Positions 1 through 11,449 of a stretch of 64,000 bases of DNA are shown one piece after another (the first letter of the stretch is position 1; each line of letters begins with the position of its first letter). The stretch is from Haplodiscus bocki (Eukaryota): the NCBI GenBank assembly GCA_965655095.1, contig OZ296657.1, positions 55,490,001-55,554,000 on the forward strand, written 5' to 3'. The notes below the pieces were generated by a model. That model saw only the letters and a list, made by a program, of their open reading frames with translations. It searched no databases and was not told the DNA's origin. The translations under genes were made by a program, and so were the position numbers.

Positions 1-1760
1 ACCCGAATGTTCCGAGGTTCTCGACTCCACTTCGCCTGTTTGCTGCCCAACTCTCGCACAAATTTCGAGGTGTACTCGTCCACTCTCGGGTACAGAACAC
101 AAGGCACACTCTCTCGTAACGTACCCAGATATTGTGCCGCCAAGGAGCCTCGACTCCGCATTGAGAGCCCCTCCCACGGTGACGTCATTACAAGATCATC
201 GGGGCGTGCATACTTGACATGGCTTTTTTCTAGCCAGTGATCTTGGCGAAGTCCAGCAGACAACTCTACGACGAACCATGATGACCAAAATAAATTCGCA
301 ACGCATTAACTGCACCAACAACAACCTTAGTAGAATTAAAGTCGTCATCAATGAAATTGTTGCGTAACAGCCACTCGTTGAAGAACCCAACATTCTGGAC
401 AAAATTTTGGGGCACCAGTAATTTTTTCCAACCGGGTAACCCCAGCCAGAACCTCACCAGTTTGTCCACGACCGACTCACCGACATCATTTTGCCCTTGG
501 TGTTTGAGTTGCTCGCTGTGCTTCATTTACTAAAGAACCAATTTCCCCAACTCCACGTCCATCAAGACGCCTCTTGCAGTCACAGCTCTCCCAAAACGCA
601 GCACCAGCTCGCCAAGCGGATCCCAGTTTCCGTGCCGAATCAAGGTAGGGCAAAAAGGCAAAAGACTTAGGGAATTTGCAGCACGCTCCGTCATCCCACT
701 TCCGGCTCAGACCTAATTCTCCGGATACAATGATGAGCATTGGTGTAGAATGGCTGCTACTGATTCCGAAGTACGGGTCGAAATTACGAGCCAGTCCACA
801 CTTTCAAGTTTCTTTCAGCGGCAGCTCTTGGATCTTCCATCGCTCTAATATTCGACCCACGTTGAAGCATCTGGGAAAACAAGCAGGGTCGACAACCAGA
901 ACAATCAGGGTATGGACAAACCCAGCCGGCCCGTACTCGATCTGGGATTACTGGTCGTTCCCAGTCCCACTACACACTTTTGGACAATTTCCGGCCACTC
1001 AAACAGAAACTCCACATCATTAGTTCATCCCAAAAAGCGCGCAACACACTTCCCCCTTCCCTATTCAAGAAATCAAACCCTGGGATTTGCAAAGCAGTCA
1101 GAACGTATTTATACACACACTGCGCACAAAACAGCAACACCCAATTTACAACTACCCCCCTCCGAAAATTACTCTCTTTGTGTTTTTTCTTCTTCCTTTT
1201 TTTGCCCTTTCTTTCTTTTCCCTTCGTTTTTTCTCTCTCCTACTTTGATTCGGTATCTGCTAATGTTTTTACATCTTTATACTCACCGCAAATCACAATC
1301 AGTGCCATCAACGCAAATCGCGCGCTCAACGTCTGATCACTATGCAGTTCGAAATTGACGGTCCCATCAATGAAGATCTCAACATTTTTTTCTTCTCTGC
1401 TATCAATCAAAAACTCCAGAAAAGAAGCGCAGTGCTCCATCACCAGCAAAAAAGTCCCCCCTAACACGCCGAACGGGATTTTTAGTGCTGGAAAATGCTG
1501 AAACGAAACATAACACTCAGTTCCACATGTAACACACATGTACATTTTTGACACATTTACTTCTACACTGCCTCTTCACCTATCTCAACCCAAAATGAAA
1601 TCATTGTTCATAGGCACCCACCCCACCTCACAAAGTAACAAATTCATATTCACCGCATTCAGTCCGGGAAAGTTTTCCATCTTTTTGGCAGAGAGCGTTG
1701 ACTCCATCTTCAGCCGGACAAAATCCACCACACCGTACGCTTCTTTCCACAGAAGTTCTT
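1..1760 (-). pseudogene. pol: Gypsy pol remnant (reverse transcriptase, RNase H, integrase N-terminus)
   Basis: RT-like KKDGKL (~1680) and KIPFGVLGGTFLLVMEH...FIDG...FELH (ORF 1240-1554, cf. MPFGL..ATFQRLME..YLDD). RNaseH-like YPD...PDAS (~870-915). Integrase-like VVVGAVNALRIYFGHHG, KPCQVC and SPWEGLSM (~160-330). Confidence 0.6.
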
Positions 1761-2444
1761 GTAACTCAACCCCCGGATGAGATTATGCGGCCAGTCCAAA
1801 TCCACTGGCGTCATGACCAAGGGCCTGACAGTTGCACTGGCCAATCCAGCCGAGAGCTCACCCACTTCGTCAACTACAAGCACTTCTGGGCCCTTCACAC
1901 TCGGCACACACGAATGCCACCACTCAAGCAGCCCCGCCTTGTCCTCTTCCCAGCCTGACTCGACAACAACACTGCCAAGCGCCACATTACACACATCTTT
2001 ATCTTCAATGCCGGACAACACAACATATGCCAGACAGCCTGACTGTTTGACATGAATAGCATATGGGAACATCACGCATAGGTTTTCTCTCATATGCTCC
2101 ACAGTTAGCGGAAACAGTCCATACGGCAGCGACCTTCAAGACACAATATCGCGAGGTCATTCACTACCTCCAAGTCGCAGTACCCCCCCCCCCCCAACCC
2201 TCGAAACCCGACTTTATTTCTTTTTTTTTCAACAGTACCTGTTTTTCACAGTTTTAATGTTTTCTTCTTTTTCTCTCTTTCCTCACCGTCATAAACTAAC
2301 AACCACTCATTCATTCCAATTCCTTTCTCAAAACAAAACCCAACCTCATCACTCACATGCAATCACCACATGTACTCATGTAACGTTTTCATTAAATCTT
2401 TATACATACAAATTTATTAACCTAACATGCGGAAATCGTCAACG

Positions 2445-3400
2445 CTAACGCCTGCATGCGTCGCTCCGGCAACAACATCGAATCGAGGCCAACACCTCCC
2501 CATTCCGAATTACGCCAGTGAGCTCACAGTGGCCCACCAACAAGTCTATAAACTGGCAAATCTGCAGATTGATCTTTAGCTGAGTCACTAGATGCGCTTC
2601 GTCTACTTCTTCCCACTCATTTTCAGCATATAGCACCTGCGCAACAACCAACGCGAACGTTGACTCGTGGTGCACAGAAGCCCTCCCAACTACCAGCGCC
2701 TTTTGCCGCTCGCACTTTTTCTTCGACGCCTCTGTGCAGTTCTTATTTACCAACGGCTTGTTATATTGCAACCAGTAATTGATCTCCCGCAGCTGGTGTT
2801 CCGCGGACTTCCAGTGTTCGTTTAAGCTCGTCAGCCTCCGCCTAGCGAATTGCAGATCCATTCTTCACAAGACGCAGCGTTAGAAGCCGTCCTTGACGGG
2901 TTCACTTCAAAATAAGCCGACCCACAAGCTCTCCACGCTCTTGATGAAGTATTGCGATTGAAGGATCTTTACTGAAACAATCAAAAACCCCGATTGAGTC
3001 ACCTACTTACTAACCGTGTTTTGTTCTAGCCACCCGAAACTCACACTTTAACTGCGCTTCAGCGTTCAACATCCCATGTCTTTTCTGTCTTGTTTCTAGC
3101 TTATTCAAGGTTTTAGCACAACCCGATACTTCAACCTCGATTGTCACTCTAAATATGATAAAGCTAGTTTCTTACCAGATTTGCCTTCTCTTGCCACACC
3201 GGGAGCCCGAGCAATCTGTGACTGACGACTGCTGCCTCCTCTTGGTAACAAAACTTCAGCCGACGACACAGCAGCAGGAATTGACATGACGCCGAGCTTT
3301 GAAGGCACGTCGGAAACTCACGCCGATGGAGGAGTCACAGCGCCGCTCAGCCCATTAAGAACACATGCCTGAATCAACGTCACAATCATTCCGCCAACTG
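2445..3400 (-). pseudogene. gag-like region of the Gypsy element
   Basis: Partially open minus-strand frames (ORF 2445-2861 plus an S/A/P-rich stretch at ~3150-3400) lie between the PBS and pol. Assigned by position only. Confidence 0.35.
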
Positions 3401-3698
3401 GAACACATCCACGTGGACGAACTAAAACACAACATATGATGATGGAAAACACGGAAGACACACTGGTTGGGAAGTCAGCACAAGACGGGGAAAGGATGAC
3501 AACACAAAACAGAAAGAGATGACAGTTCCTTTTGAACACACGCAAACACTCAGGTGGCAGAAGACGAAAGAAGAGCAATACTCACCGAAAGACCCCCTCA
3601 GGCTGCGATGCTGATCGCCAGCTAGTTGCCGAGACATCCCTAATGGCTCCTCCCAGAAGAGCTCAGTCGGATCCAAGGTTCGCAAAGTTGTGATAATC

Positions 3699-3711
3699 TA
3701 CTCAGTCGCCA
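3699..3711 (-). promoter_or_regulatory. Primer binding site (TGGCGACTGAGTA)
   Basis: Starts with TGG immediately after the LTR-terminal CA on the minus strand. Confidence 0.65.
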
Positions 3712-3993
3712 TGTTACGAGCAACAGAAGTGAGTGAATCACAGACAAGGAGGGAGTGCACAGTACACATTACACTCTGAACCACAGAGCACGCGCCAGAA
3801 ACGACACTGCGAACCTAATGAAAGCATACTCACAAATTGGTCGTTGACGCAGTTTTTCTACTGATTCAGGAGCGAAGGAGCGAACTCGTCATCACTATCG
3901 CCGTTGTACACGACTTCAAGAACACGCTCAATACGATACCCCCTCGGTCCCTCCACAGCACTACTATGCTCCGGGCCAGTCTATACGGCAACA
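3712..3993 (-). repeat. Putative LTR (~282 bp)
   Basis: Imperfect terminal inverted repeats TGTTGCCG...CGTAACA, a GT-rich U5-like end and an adjacent PBS. The distal boundary is inferred because no second LTR is present in the window. Confidence 0.55.
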
Positions 3994-5221
3994 TCCTCCT
4001 CAAATCCTCTGTGATTGACAACTGGGACTGCTCGAACACTCCCCATCGAAATGCTCCATCAACTGGTGGAGTTCCGGATACAAGGGAGAAACAATATGTT
4101 CTCCAAACGACATAATTTGCAAAAACAAAGCTCTAGAAACACACAACGTTAAAGACATCAACAACATTTCCCTGAAATACAAGATGCGCAAAGAACAAAA
4201 AAGACAAAAGTTTCAAAATTCGCGTAGACCTGAAGGACTGATCAACCCGTGGGCCGTCAACTACGAAGCAAACACCCGATTGAAAGGAAAATATGCCAAG
4301 CTAACGCATTTTTCTGACAAATTTCACAGACTGAAACAAAATTGGGATTGGAAACTGCTCCCGCATAGCTTTTGAATTTTCGTTGTTTGAGAAATTGAAA
4401 AAGGGATAAAATCGCCCCGAAGAACAATGAAGGAAAATCAGTGAGATCGCCGTGATAAAACGAAGACACGCACGAAAAAGATACGGTCACAAATCGGATC
4501 GGAGACGCCGCACAGGAGTATAGAGAAAAGCACCAAAACTTACGGACTACAATGCAAAATTTGTGATATCACGAATCAACTGCCGGGATTTATGACGACC
4601 AAAAGACTTGATTCTGGTTTAAGGAAGTAAAAGAAGAGCACAGTCGGATGACCTGGCTTCATCCTAATCAAAATTCGATGTAAACGATATGCAAGCGTCT
4701 TGTGAAATTTACTCAATCCTGAGCCGACTTTCATTAGAATACGCGGAGCAGCTTGATCACAGCCAACACAGTTGAGAAATGATGATGTGCCCGAGAGAAT
4801 AGCAACTGAGACACTTTGCCGCCAAAAATGGATTTCCCGCCATAAAAGTGATGGTCATATTACCGAATATAGAAGTAGCACAGAATGACAGACAAAGGCG
4901 GCACCGCCGCTTGTCAATCAAATTAATGAAGTCACTAATGACCGAACTCGACGAAGCTGCAATGGCGAAAATGTGATAACTCCGTGATCACTAGCCATTT
5001 CATCCAACCCAGCGAAGGACTGCCCCTTCGTATTCCAAATCCCGTAATAGAACCAACGAAGGACCGATCAATCCTCAACTAAGAGAAGGCCACACCGTTT
5101 CCAGAGAAATGGTACCATCCTGCATAATTAGTACGCACTTCCCGTTTCCACCAATAGAAGGGGAGTATCATGCCAGCACGATGAAAATTTAAACTCTACA
5201 TAAAAAACAAAATGCAATAAA

Positions 5222-5324
5222 CCTATGTTGTATATAGCCTACGGTGTATATAGCCTATTTTGTATATAGCTTATGTTGTATTTAATATAAACAATCAATT
5301 AGCCTATGTTGATTGTTTATATTA
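5222..5324. repeat. 16-bp tandem repeat (~3.7 copies, CCTATGTTGTATATAG) followed by a perfect 16-bp inverted repeat
   Basis: Units are visible at 5222-5280. TAATATAAACAATCAA (5283-5298) pairs with TTGATTGTTTATATTA (5309-5324). Confidence 0.85.
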
Positions 5325-6691
5325 TCTAATTTACCTTGATACATAAGCATTTTATGCAGCTCTACAATAACGAACCGATTCAAACGCCACTATGTCTTTT
5401 TGTTTCCTCCCTTTTGGTATCAAAGCGATCTATGTCTTATATAACGGAACCTATGCTACAAAAGTGTTAGTGAAGCGCCAACAGTGGTTTTGGTGAAAGT
5501 CTTCTAAACCATGATAATTCGACCTCGTCGAGTGTTTTTTCCATCAACCTTCTACTACCAGCGCGATGAGTGGAATTTGTTTTTGTTTTTATCACTTTGC
5601 AAAGTTTGTGATATCAGCATCACGCAAATGACAGTATTCACAAGCATCAGCGCGAAGCAGTTTGAATTTCGTGTTAACAGCATTTTTCCATCTCAGTCAT
5701 TAGTGCCGTGAACACTAATATTTCAACGCGGTGTACTATTCGTGATTTTAGCCATTTTGACTTTGGTGATTTGAAGTCTGCCATTTTGTTTAGGTAACGA
5801 TGCTATAAGAGAGGTTTGATTTTCGTAATAAACATTAGCCAATCAGATTGCACTTAACTCGATATTAACGATTGTGGTAAAATTGAGGTGCGATTTTTGT
5901 TATCACCTATTGTGCAGAATTAGGTGTGCATTAGGTCTGACAACCAACCACAGGCCCAAATCACGTTCATGTGAGCGACTCAAGCATCACGTGACCAATT
6001 AGTGCGGGTAATTGGTCACGCAAAAGCGGAAGTCCAGCAGAACAAACCTCGCTACGACAGAGAAGAAAAGATCTATAGCAGTCAGTTGAGACGGAAGAAA
6101 ACAATAGTAGCACCGAGACTGAAAGTTTACTAGCACATACTCCAAGAAGAATATCAGATCCCGAAATCGAGACATCATCAAGTGAAGCCGTTACATCTGA
6201 AGATGATGAGTGTCAGATAAGGGCTGTAAGAGACCTACTCACGCAACAGTTAGCTCATTTTTGTGCATTGCTGAAGGAAATACGGGATGCGCACACGCAC
6301 AGACGTCACGAAGAGACCGCCTCCGCAAGAGCCACTAGCTTACCGACTGGCGACACGATTCGCTGTGACACCCAACCCGCCTATTTAGGCAAAACATTGC
6401 TAGTGCTGCAACTTCAAGTGGGTAAGGAAATTCAACTTGCTTCAAAAATTCAAAGGAAGAGGGTACACTCCTGATGACAGGTTGAAAGAGTTGTCAGGTT
6501 GTTTTTCAACTGCAAATTTTATTGCACTGTTCACTTTACCGATGAGTGGCATAATTTCTGATGACACACAAGCTTCACTCACACCAAAATTTGTGCGACA
6601 GAATCTTAAATAAAAGTGGAGTGATCGCAAGTTTTGGCCATGAGAAAATCGACATATGAATGTCAAACAAATCAGTCCAACAAAAGTAGAG

Positions 6692-8144
6692 CCCGGGTGG
6701 AACTTTTTTGGGAAAACGCCGCTATTTTTCCGGTATAGTGGCGTAAACGCCGTTAACGGCTTTATACCGACAAAAAAACGCCGTTAACGCCGTTAGCGTT
6801 CCGGTTGAACGCCGTTAACGCTGTTATACGAGAAAAAACTTGTGTCTACAAAAAAATTGATTTTCTCACTGACTCCATGAAGAATGAGAAACTCATGGTC
6901 AATCATTTGCTTGACAAGGGATTATGATGCTTTTAGAGCATATTTCCTCGAAAGTGTGGGAGAACTTCATGAGACTGGAGTCTGGGCCTGAACGTGGCGG
7001 CATTGGTAGTGTCATTGAACTTGCCGTGGCCAAGCAAGTTTACAAAAAAGATGATCGTTTTACGACTTGACTAGTTGGAGTCTTGCAGAAGTTTTGACAG
7101 TTTTAACCTTGATGCCTCTCTCAAAAAAATTGAGAGTTTACAAAAAAAACTAGTTTATTAGTTCCTGGATACAAGGTCCATCTTCAGTTGTTGTCTTCAT
7201 AGTCTTTCTTTTTTAGTTGCTGTTGTTCGCTGTGGCTGATTTCATTTGGGAAGATGAAGCTTCCAGATGTTGCGAATTTACTGACGGAGAAGATGTTCAC
7301 CGTTTTTTCCGATAAACCTGCGTTAAAATTTGGCCAGCAATTTACTGGTACAGCAGCGGAAACTACCTCCCCATTTTTCCGCTTAAAGTCCGTTAACGCC
7401 GCTATTTTTCCAGTTCAACGCCGTCAACGCCGCTATTTTTTCGGTTAAACGCCGTTAACGCCGCTATTTTTTCGGTTAAACGCCGTTAACGCCGCTATTT
7501 TTTTCGGTTAAACGCCGTTAACGCTGCTATTTTCCCGGTTGAACGCCGTTAACGCCGTTATTTTTCCGATTGAACGCCGTTAACGCCGTTATTTTTCCGG
7601 TTGAACGCCGTTAACGCCGCTATTTTTCCAGTTAAACGCAGTTAGCGCCGCTATTTTTCCGGTTGAACGCCGTTAACGCCGCTATTTTTCCGGTTAAACG
7701 CCGTTAACGCCGCTATTTTTCCAGTTAATTGCCGTTAACGCCGTTATTTTTCCGGTTAAACGCCGTTAACACCTCTATACCGACAAAAAAACGCTGTTAA
7801 CGCCGCTATTTTTCCGGTTAAACGCCGTTAACGCCTTTATACCGACAAAAAACGCCGTTAACGCCGCTATTTTTCCGGTTAAACGCCGTTAACGCCTCTA
7901 TACCGACAAAAAAACGCTGTTAACGCCGCTATTTTTCCGGTTAAACGCCGTTAACGCCTTTATACCGACAAAAAACGCCGTTAACGCCGCTATTTTTCCG
8001 GTTAAACGCCGTTAACGCCTTTTTACCGACAAAAAACGCCGTTAACGCCGCTATTTTTCCGGTTAATAACGGCTTCTGTGGCTAATTTTGACCGCCGTTA
8101 ACGCCCTTATACCGGAAAAATTTCGGCCATTATTTCGACCCGGG
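6692..8144. mobile_element. Non-autonomous TIR DNA transposon, probably CMC/EnSpm-like
   Basis: Termini CCCGGGTGGAA (6692) and TTCGACCCGGG (8144), flanked by a 2-bp direct repeat AG (6690-6691 and 8145-8146). The subterminal motif AACGCCGTTAACG is present at both ends. Confidence 0.75.
7391..8066. repeat. Minisatellite, ~31-bp unit AACGCCGTTAACGCCGCTATTTTTCCGGTTA, ~22 units
   Basis: Direct reading. Palindromic core CGTTAACG. In the distal half the unit alternates with a variant ending CTTTATACCGACAAAAA. Confidence 0.95.
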
Positions 8145-9549
8145 AGTGACTATGAGATTTTCGGCTCTTTTAACAAAATTCAACTCAAAAGCAGAAATTT
8201 TTCTTCTTGGTCACGAAAATATGCAAATGTTGCAATGCATCAGATTGATATTCAATACCTTCATGCGTAGAAAAGCCTTCTCTGTTCGCAACATCGTGGC
8301 ATGATATTCTACTGCTCGGTACAATGTGGTCCTTCTGGTGGCATTTGTTTTCGGTGGTTTCATTCTTAGACTTTCAATGTCAACAGATTTCAAAAAGTTA
8401 AGATAGTTTTGTATTTGACCGCCTGACTTTTCGAAAGAAGATAAAAGCTCCTAACACCAATTGTTCAAAAGCAAAAACTATTTATTGAGACATTTCAAGA
8501 AAGCTGAAAATCTGTTGTAAACATGTTAAATGAAAGCAATTAGGCAGTAATGGTTTTACAATTGCAGCGAAGCGAAAGATTTCACCATATAACTTGTGCT
8601 GTCACTTGAGAACCCAATAATATTGTCTATTTCAATGAAATTGTTCGTCCAATGAAATTGTTTTTTTTTTCATGGTTATTGAGCCTTTCGAGATAAGTAA
8701 GTGGAGAAGATAACAGAAAATCAATAGAAACGATGGTGAACAAATTACAAAGGACACATCGCCCCTCTTTGTCAAACGATTAATTGAAAGTAAGAGCTAA
8801 GTTTTTCCCCGAATTGTCTCTCTTGTAACCCTCAGAGCGTTTAACAAGTCCTGAAATAGGAGCACGTGCTCCATACGACTTTGATTTGGAAGGTGGAAGG
8901 TGGTTTTGAGAGCCTTCTCGAATTTCCTTTCAGGGCTTAGTTTTTCCAGATTAGCTTTATGTTTCATGTTTCAATGAGGTGTATTAGCTTGGTGTCACTG
9001 CTTTGGAGAATAATTTTTACTGAATGTAGAAATGTTCAGTGTTAGCACCAACTTTCAGTCTTTGACGCGGCAGTCTTTTCAGAATCGTGTAAATTCTTCC
9101 GTTTTTTTGCTTTTGGTGAGATTTATCCGTATGTTGTATCAATTGTGGTTCATCCATTGTTCGGTGCACAATGTTCACTAATTTTTCATTGATTCAATTG
9201 ATAAAAACAGCAGACGTGTGAGTTTTTGGTTCCTATTCGCAACGTCGAAAATAAAATTACACAACCACAACGTCAAAAAATAGAACGTTTATCTCCATTA
9301 AATGACGGAACTAGTGCTTTCCGGGAGATTCTTGAAGCTACGGCGTTTACTTTGTCGTTTACACAATTGTTTCTAAAAATTGCGTTGATTTTTTTCTTTT
9401 AGTTTTTTCTTTTTTAATTGCGAATTGTTGCCAGTTTGGAAATTTATTGGCATCAAATTATATAGTCTTGCTGCAAATTATCATTCGCTTTTGGATCAGT
9501 CAATCGAGCGCGCTTTTATTTTTGACTATGTGAACCTTCGATGCCGTGA

Positions 9550-9994
9550 GAAGGTACAGATTATCTATTTCTTCCGATACAAATACATCAAGTTGCCCAG
9601 CCCAAAAATCACTCGTTAATTCAGTATCAATGTAGGCTGAATGAACAAAGCAGTTGGCGATCTGTGAAATGAGTTTGCCAAACTGGTACATTTCAGTATG
9701 TCAGAAAAAGTGTGCAGTGTGCTTTAAAGAAACTACGTTTCGATCATTGATTTCCCCGCCAGTTGCGCCATCGTCTTCATAAACACCAACTTGACACACC
9801 AAAAATTACGATTCACATCAATCTGTTTTAATGCTTCCGCTGACCCAAAATTCCTTTCTTTGCGCATCCAGCAACTGAGATGTGGGAAAGCTTTTCGATC
9901 GTAGGAGCCTCCCTAGTTGTTGAGGTCATTGGGTTTTACAAATTACTTCAAAAGATTGTGGTTGACTGGGATTGCAAGTTTCGTCCAACTCCAT
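9550..9994 (-). pseudogene. Polinton major capsid protein, N-terminal fragment (module 1)
   Basis: GGSYDRKAFPH..IDVNR..HTAHFF*HTEMYQFGKLISQIANCFVHSAYIDTELT matches the MCP pattern LHSLFS..E.YLNGKLIS..N.Y...AYIET. Confidence 0.7.
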
Positions 9995-10029
9995 CAAAAT
10001 GTCGGCGTTGAAGTCAGGTTGTTATTATC

Positions 10030-10560
10030 CTTGGTGATCGCTGTCTCTATCACCAGAAGCAGAAAACTGAAATCCGGCCAAAATATCGGAATCAACTTTA
10101 TTTGCGAGGTTTCTTTGTAAAACGGTCGGCGTCTTTCACGATGACGATAACGATGATGAGTTTCGGTTGCGTTTTCTCTGCTTAGCAGCATCTGTGTTTT
10201 GTGCCATGTCTATGGAGCACCGGTAGCTGACACCCGACCTCCTGCACTGGAATCAACCGAACGCCAATTAATTATTGTTTTTGTTCATGCCTTTTTTGTC
10301 GTGGTTGTGGTGGTGCTGGAGAAACGTTTAGATTTTGCAACCAAAGCCGGCGGTTGTTGTTTGAGCAAATTTGGTGAGCAGTTTGATACCAGAGACCAAA
10401 CTTTTTTGTTCTCGCCAGAATGTATTCACTTTAAGGTATCGTTGTTTCGAGGAGACACTCCTTTGGCTACAGGCAAAAAATTTCTGTGGGTGTACAAGGA
10501 ACTCCGCTTTGCGTCCACAGCGGTTTTCGTCACAGGAGAAGAAGTGGACGGAATAAACAC
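10030..10560 (-). pseudogene. Polinton small basic (K/R-rich) ORF remnant between minor and major capsid (module 1)
   Basis: Syntenic position; fragments HFFSCDENRCG, FLPVAK, KKFG and an R-rich tail. Confidence 0.4.
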
Positions 10561-10599
10561 CAAGCAGGAACTGTTCAAAATTAGAACTGTTTCCGAAAT

Positions 10600-11135
10600 G
10601 GATCTTTTTCTTTAGGATGACGATGTCGTTTTGCGAACTAGAGTTGTGTTGGTTTTGGAGCCGATGTGATGCTTGCCCAGCCAGAGCTCAGAAATCGTTT
10701 TTCTTTTTCATTTCTTCGGCCTGAATCGTTGTGATTGACTGGAATTTTGACTTGTAACTACGTTTTTACTTCCATTCTCCATAACACTGGTGGTTCATTT
10801 GATGCAGACCAGCAGACCGGGATGATTTGAATCCTTTTCTGTATTGTTAAGACGTCCTTATTGGATTTTGATATTAAGCTTGGCTAATTAGCAATATAAC
10901 TGTTTCCTTTACCATAACAATAAACATGTGGTGTTACAATTTCCGAAACAGTAATTTGACGTGTGGTAACACTGCTCAGCAAAGAAGGTCATGATATTTG
11001 CAAAAAGGTAACTTGCCAAGTTTTACTCAGCGTCAAAGTTGTCGGTAAGTGGGTTGTGAAACATGATAACCAGTACCCGATGATTGTTTCCATCGATGTG
11101 TCTGAAATCAATTTCAACAAGTACTTCTCACAATA
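10600..11135 (-). pseudogene. Polinton minor capsid (penton) remnant (module 1)
   Basis: YLLKLISDTSMETIIGYWLSCFTTHLPTTLTLSKTWQVT..IS*P matches the penton N-terminus L.SN.S...FP.NT.S.FT..LP..L.L.G.W.V...IS.P. Confidence 0.7.
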
Positions 11136-11139
11136 TGCC

Positions 11140-11440
11140 ATAATGTTTCCAATTGCTGACAATGATGGATGGCGTTGATTCGTTTTTGCTGTTTTTGTTC
11201 CAATTTGCTGTTCGAGGTTTTGGTGGTGACCTGAACATTACAAGTTCATGTTCAAAAAAATTAATTTGATTATCTTCGTTTTTGCTGTCCTTGAAAAAAT
11301 ACATCGGTGGGTTTGTTGTAAGTATGTGCAACTTCTTAGTAGTTCGTCCAAGACTTGCATTTTTTATCCCGATGAAAGGTCTCCATTATACTACAAACAC
11401 GATTGTTACCACCAAGTGTGAATTTTGGTAGCCGATATGG
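11140..11440 (-). pseudogene. Polinton A32-like packaging ATPase fragment (module 1)
   Basis: LHILTT...FFKDSK...LVMFRSP resembles H.I...HNLF.QSK...I.LFKSPRD; syntenic position. Confidence 0.45.
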
Positions 11441-11449
11441 GATAGTGTG

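Larger units (their letters stand above)
1..3993 (-). mobile_element. Degenerate Gypsy/Ty3 LTR retrotransposon (LTR, PBS, gag-like region, RT-RNaseH-integrase), running off the window start
   Basis: The minus strand shows an LTR end ...CGTAACA followed directly by a PBS (TGGCGACTGAG) and a GGTGAGT splice-donor-like motif near 3580. Decayed pol motifs then follow in Gypsy order RT, RH, IN. Confidence 0.72.

Noticed and set aside
3837-4300. Plus-strand integrase-like reading (SSVIDNW, GRQLRS)
   Set aside because: The motifs are weak and overlap the better supported minus-strand LTR. It cannot be excluded without a search.
7391-8066. CRISPR-like array of ~31-bp palindromic repeats
   Set aside because: The units are contiguous with no unique spacers, there are no cas genes, and the context is a eukaryotic transposon.
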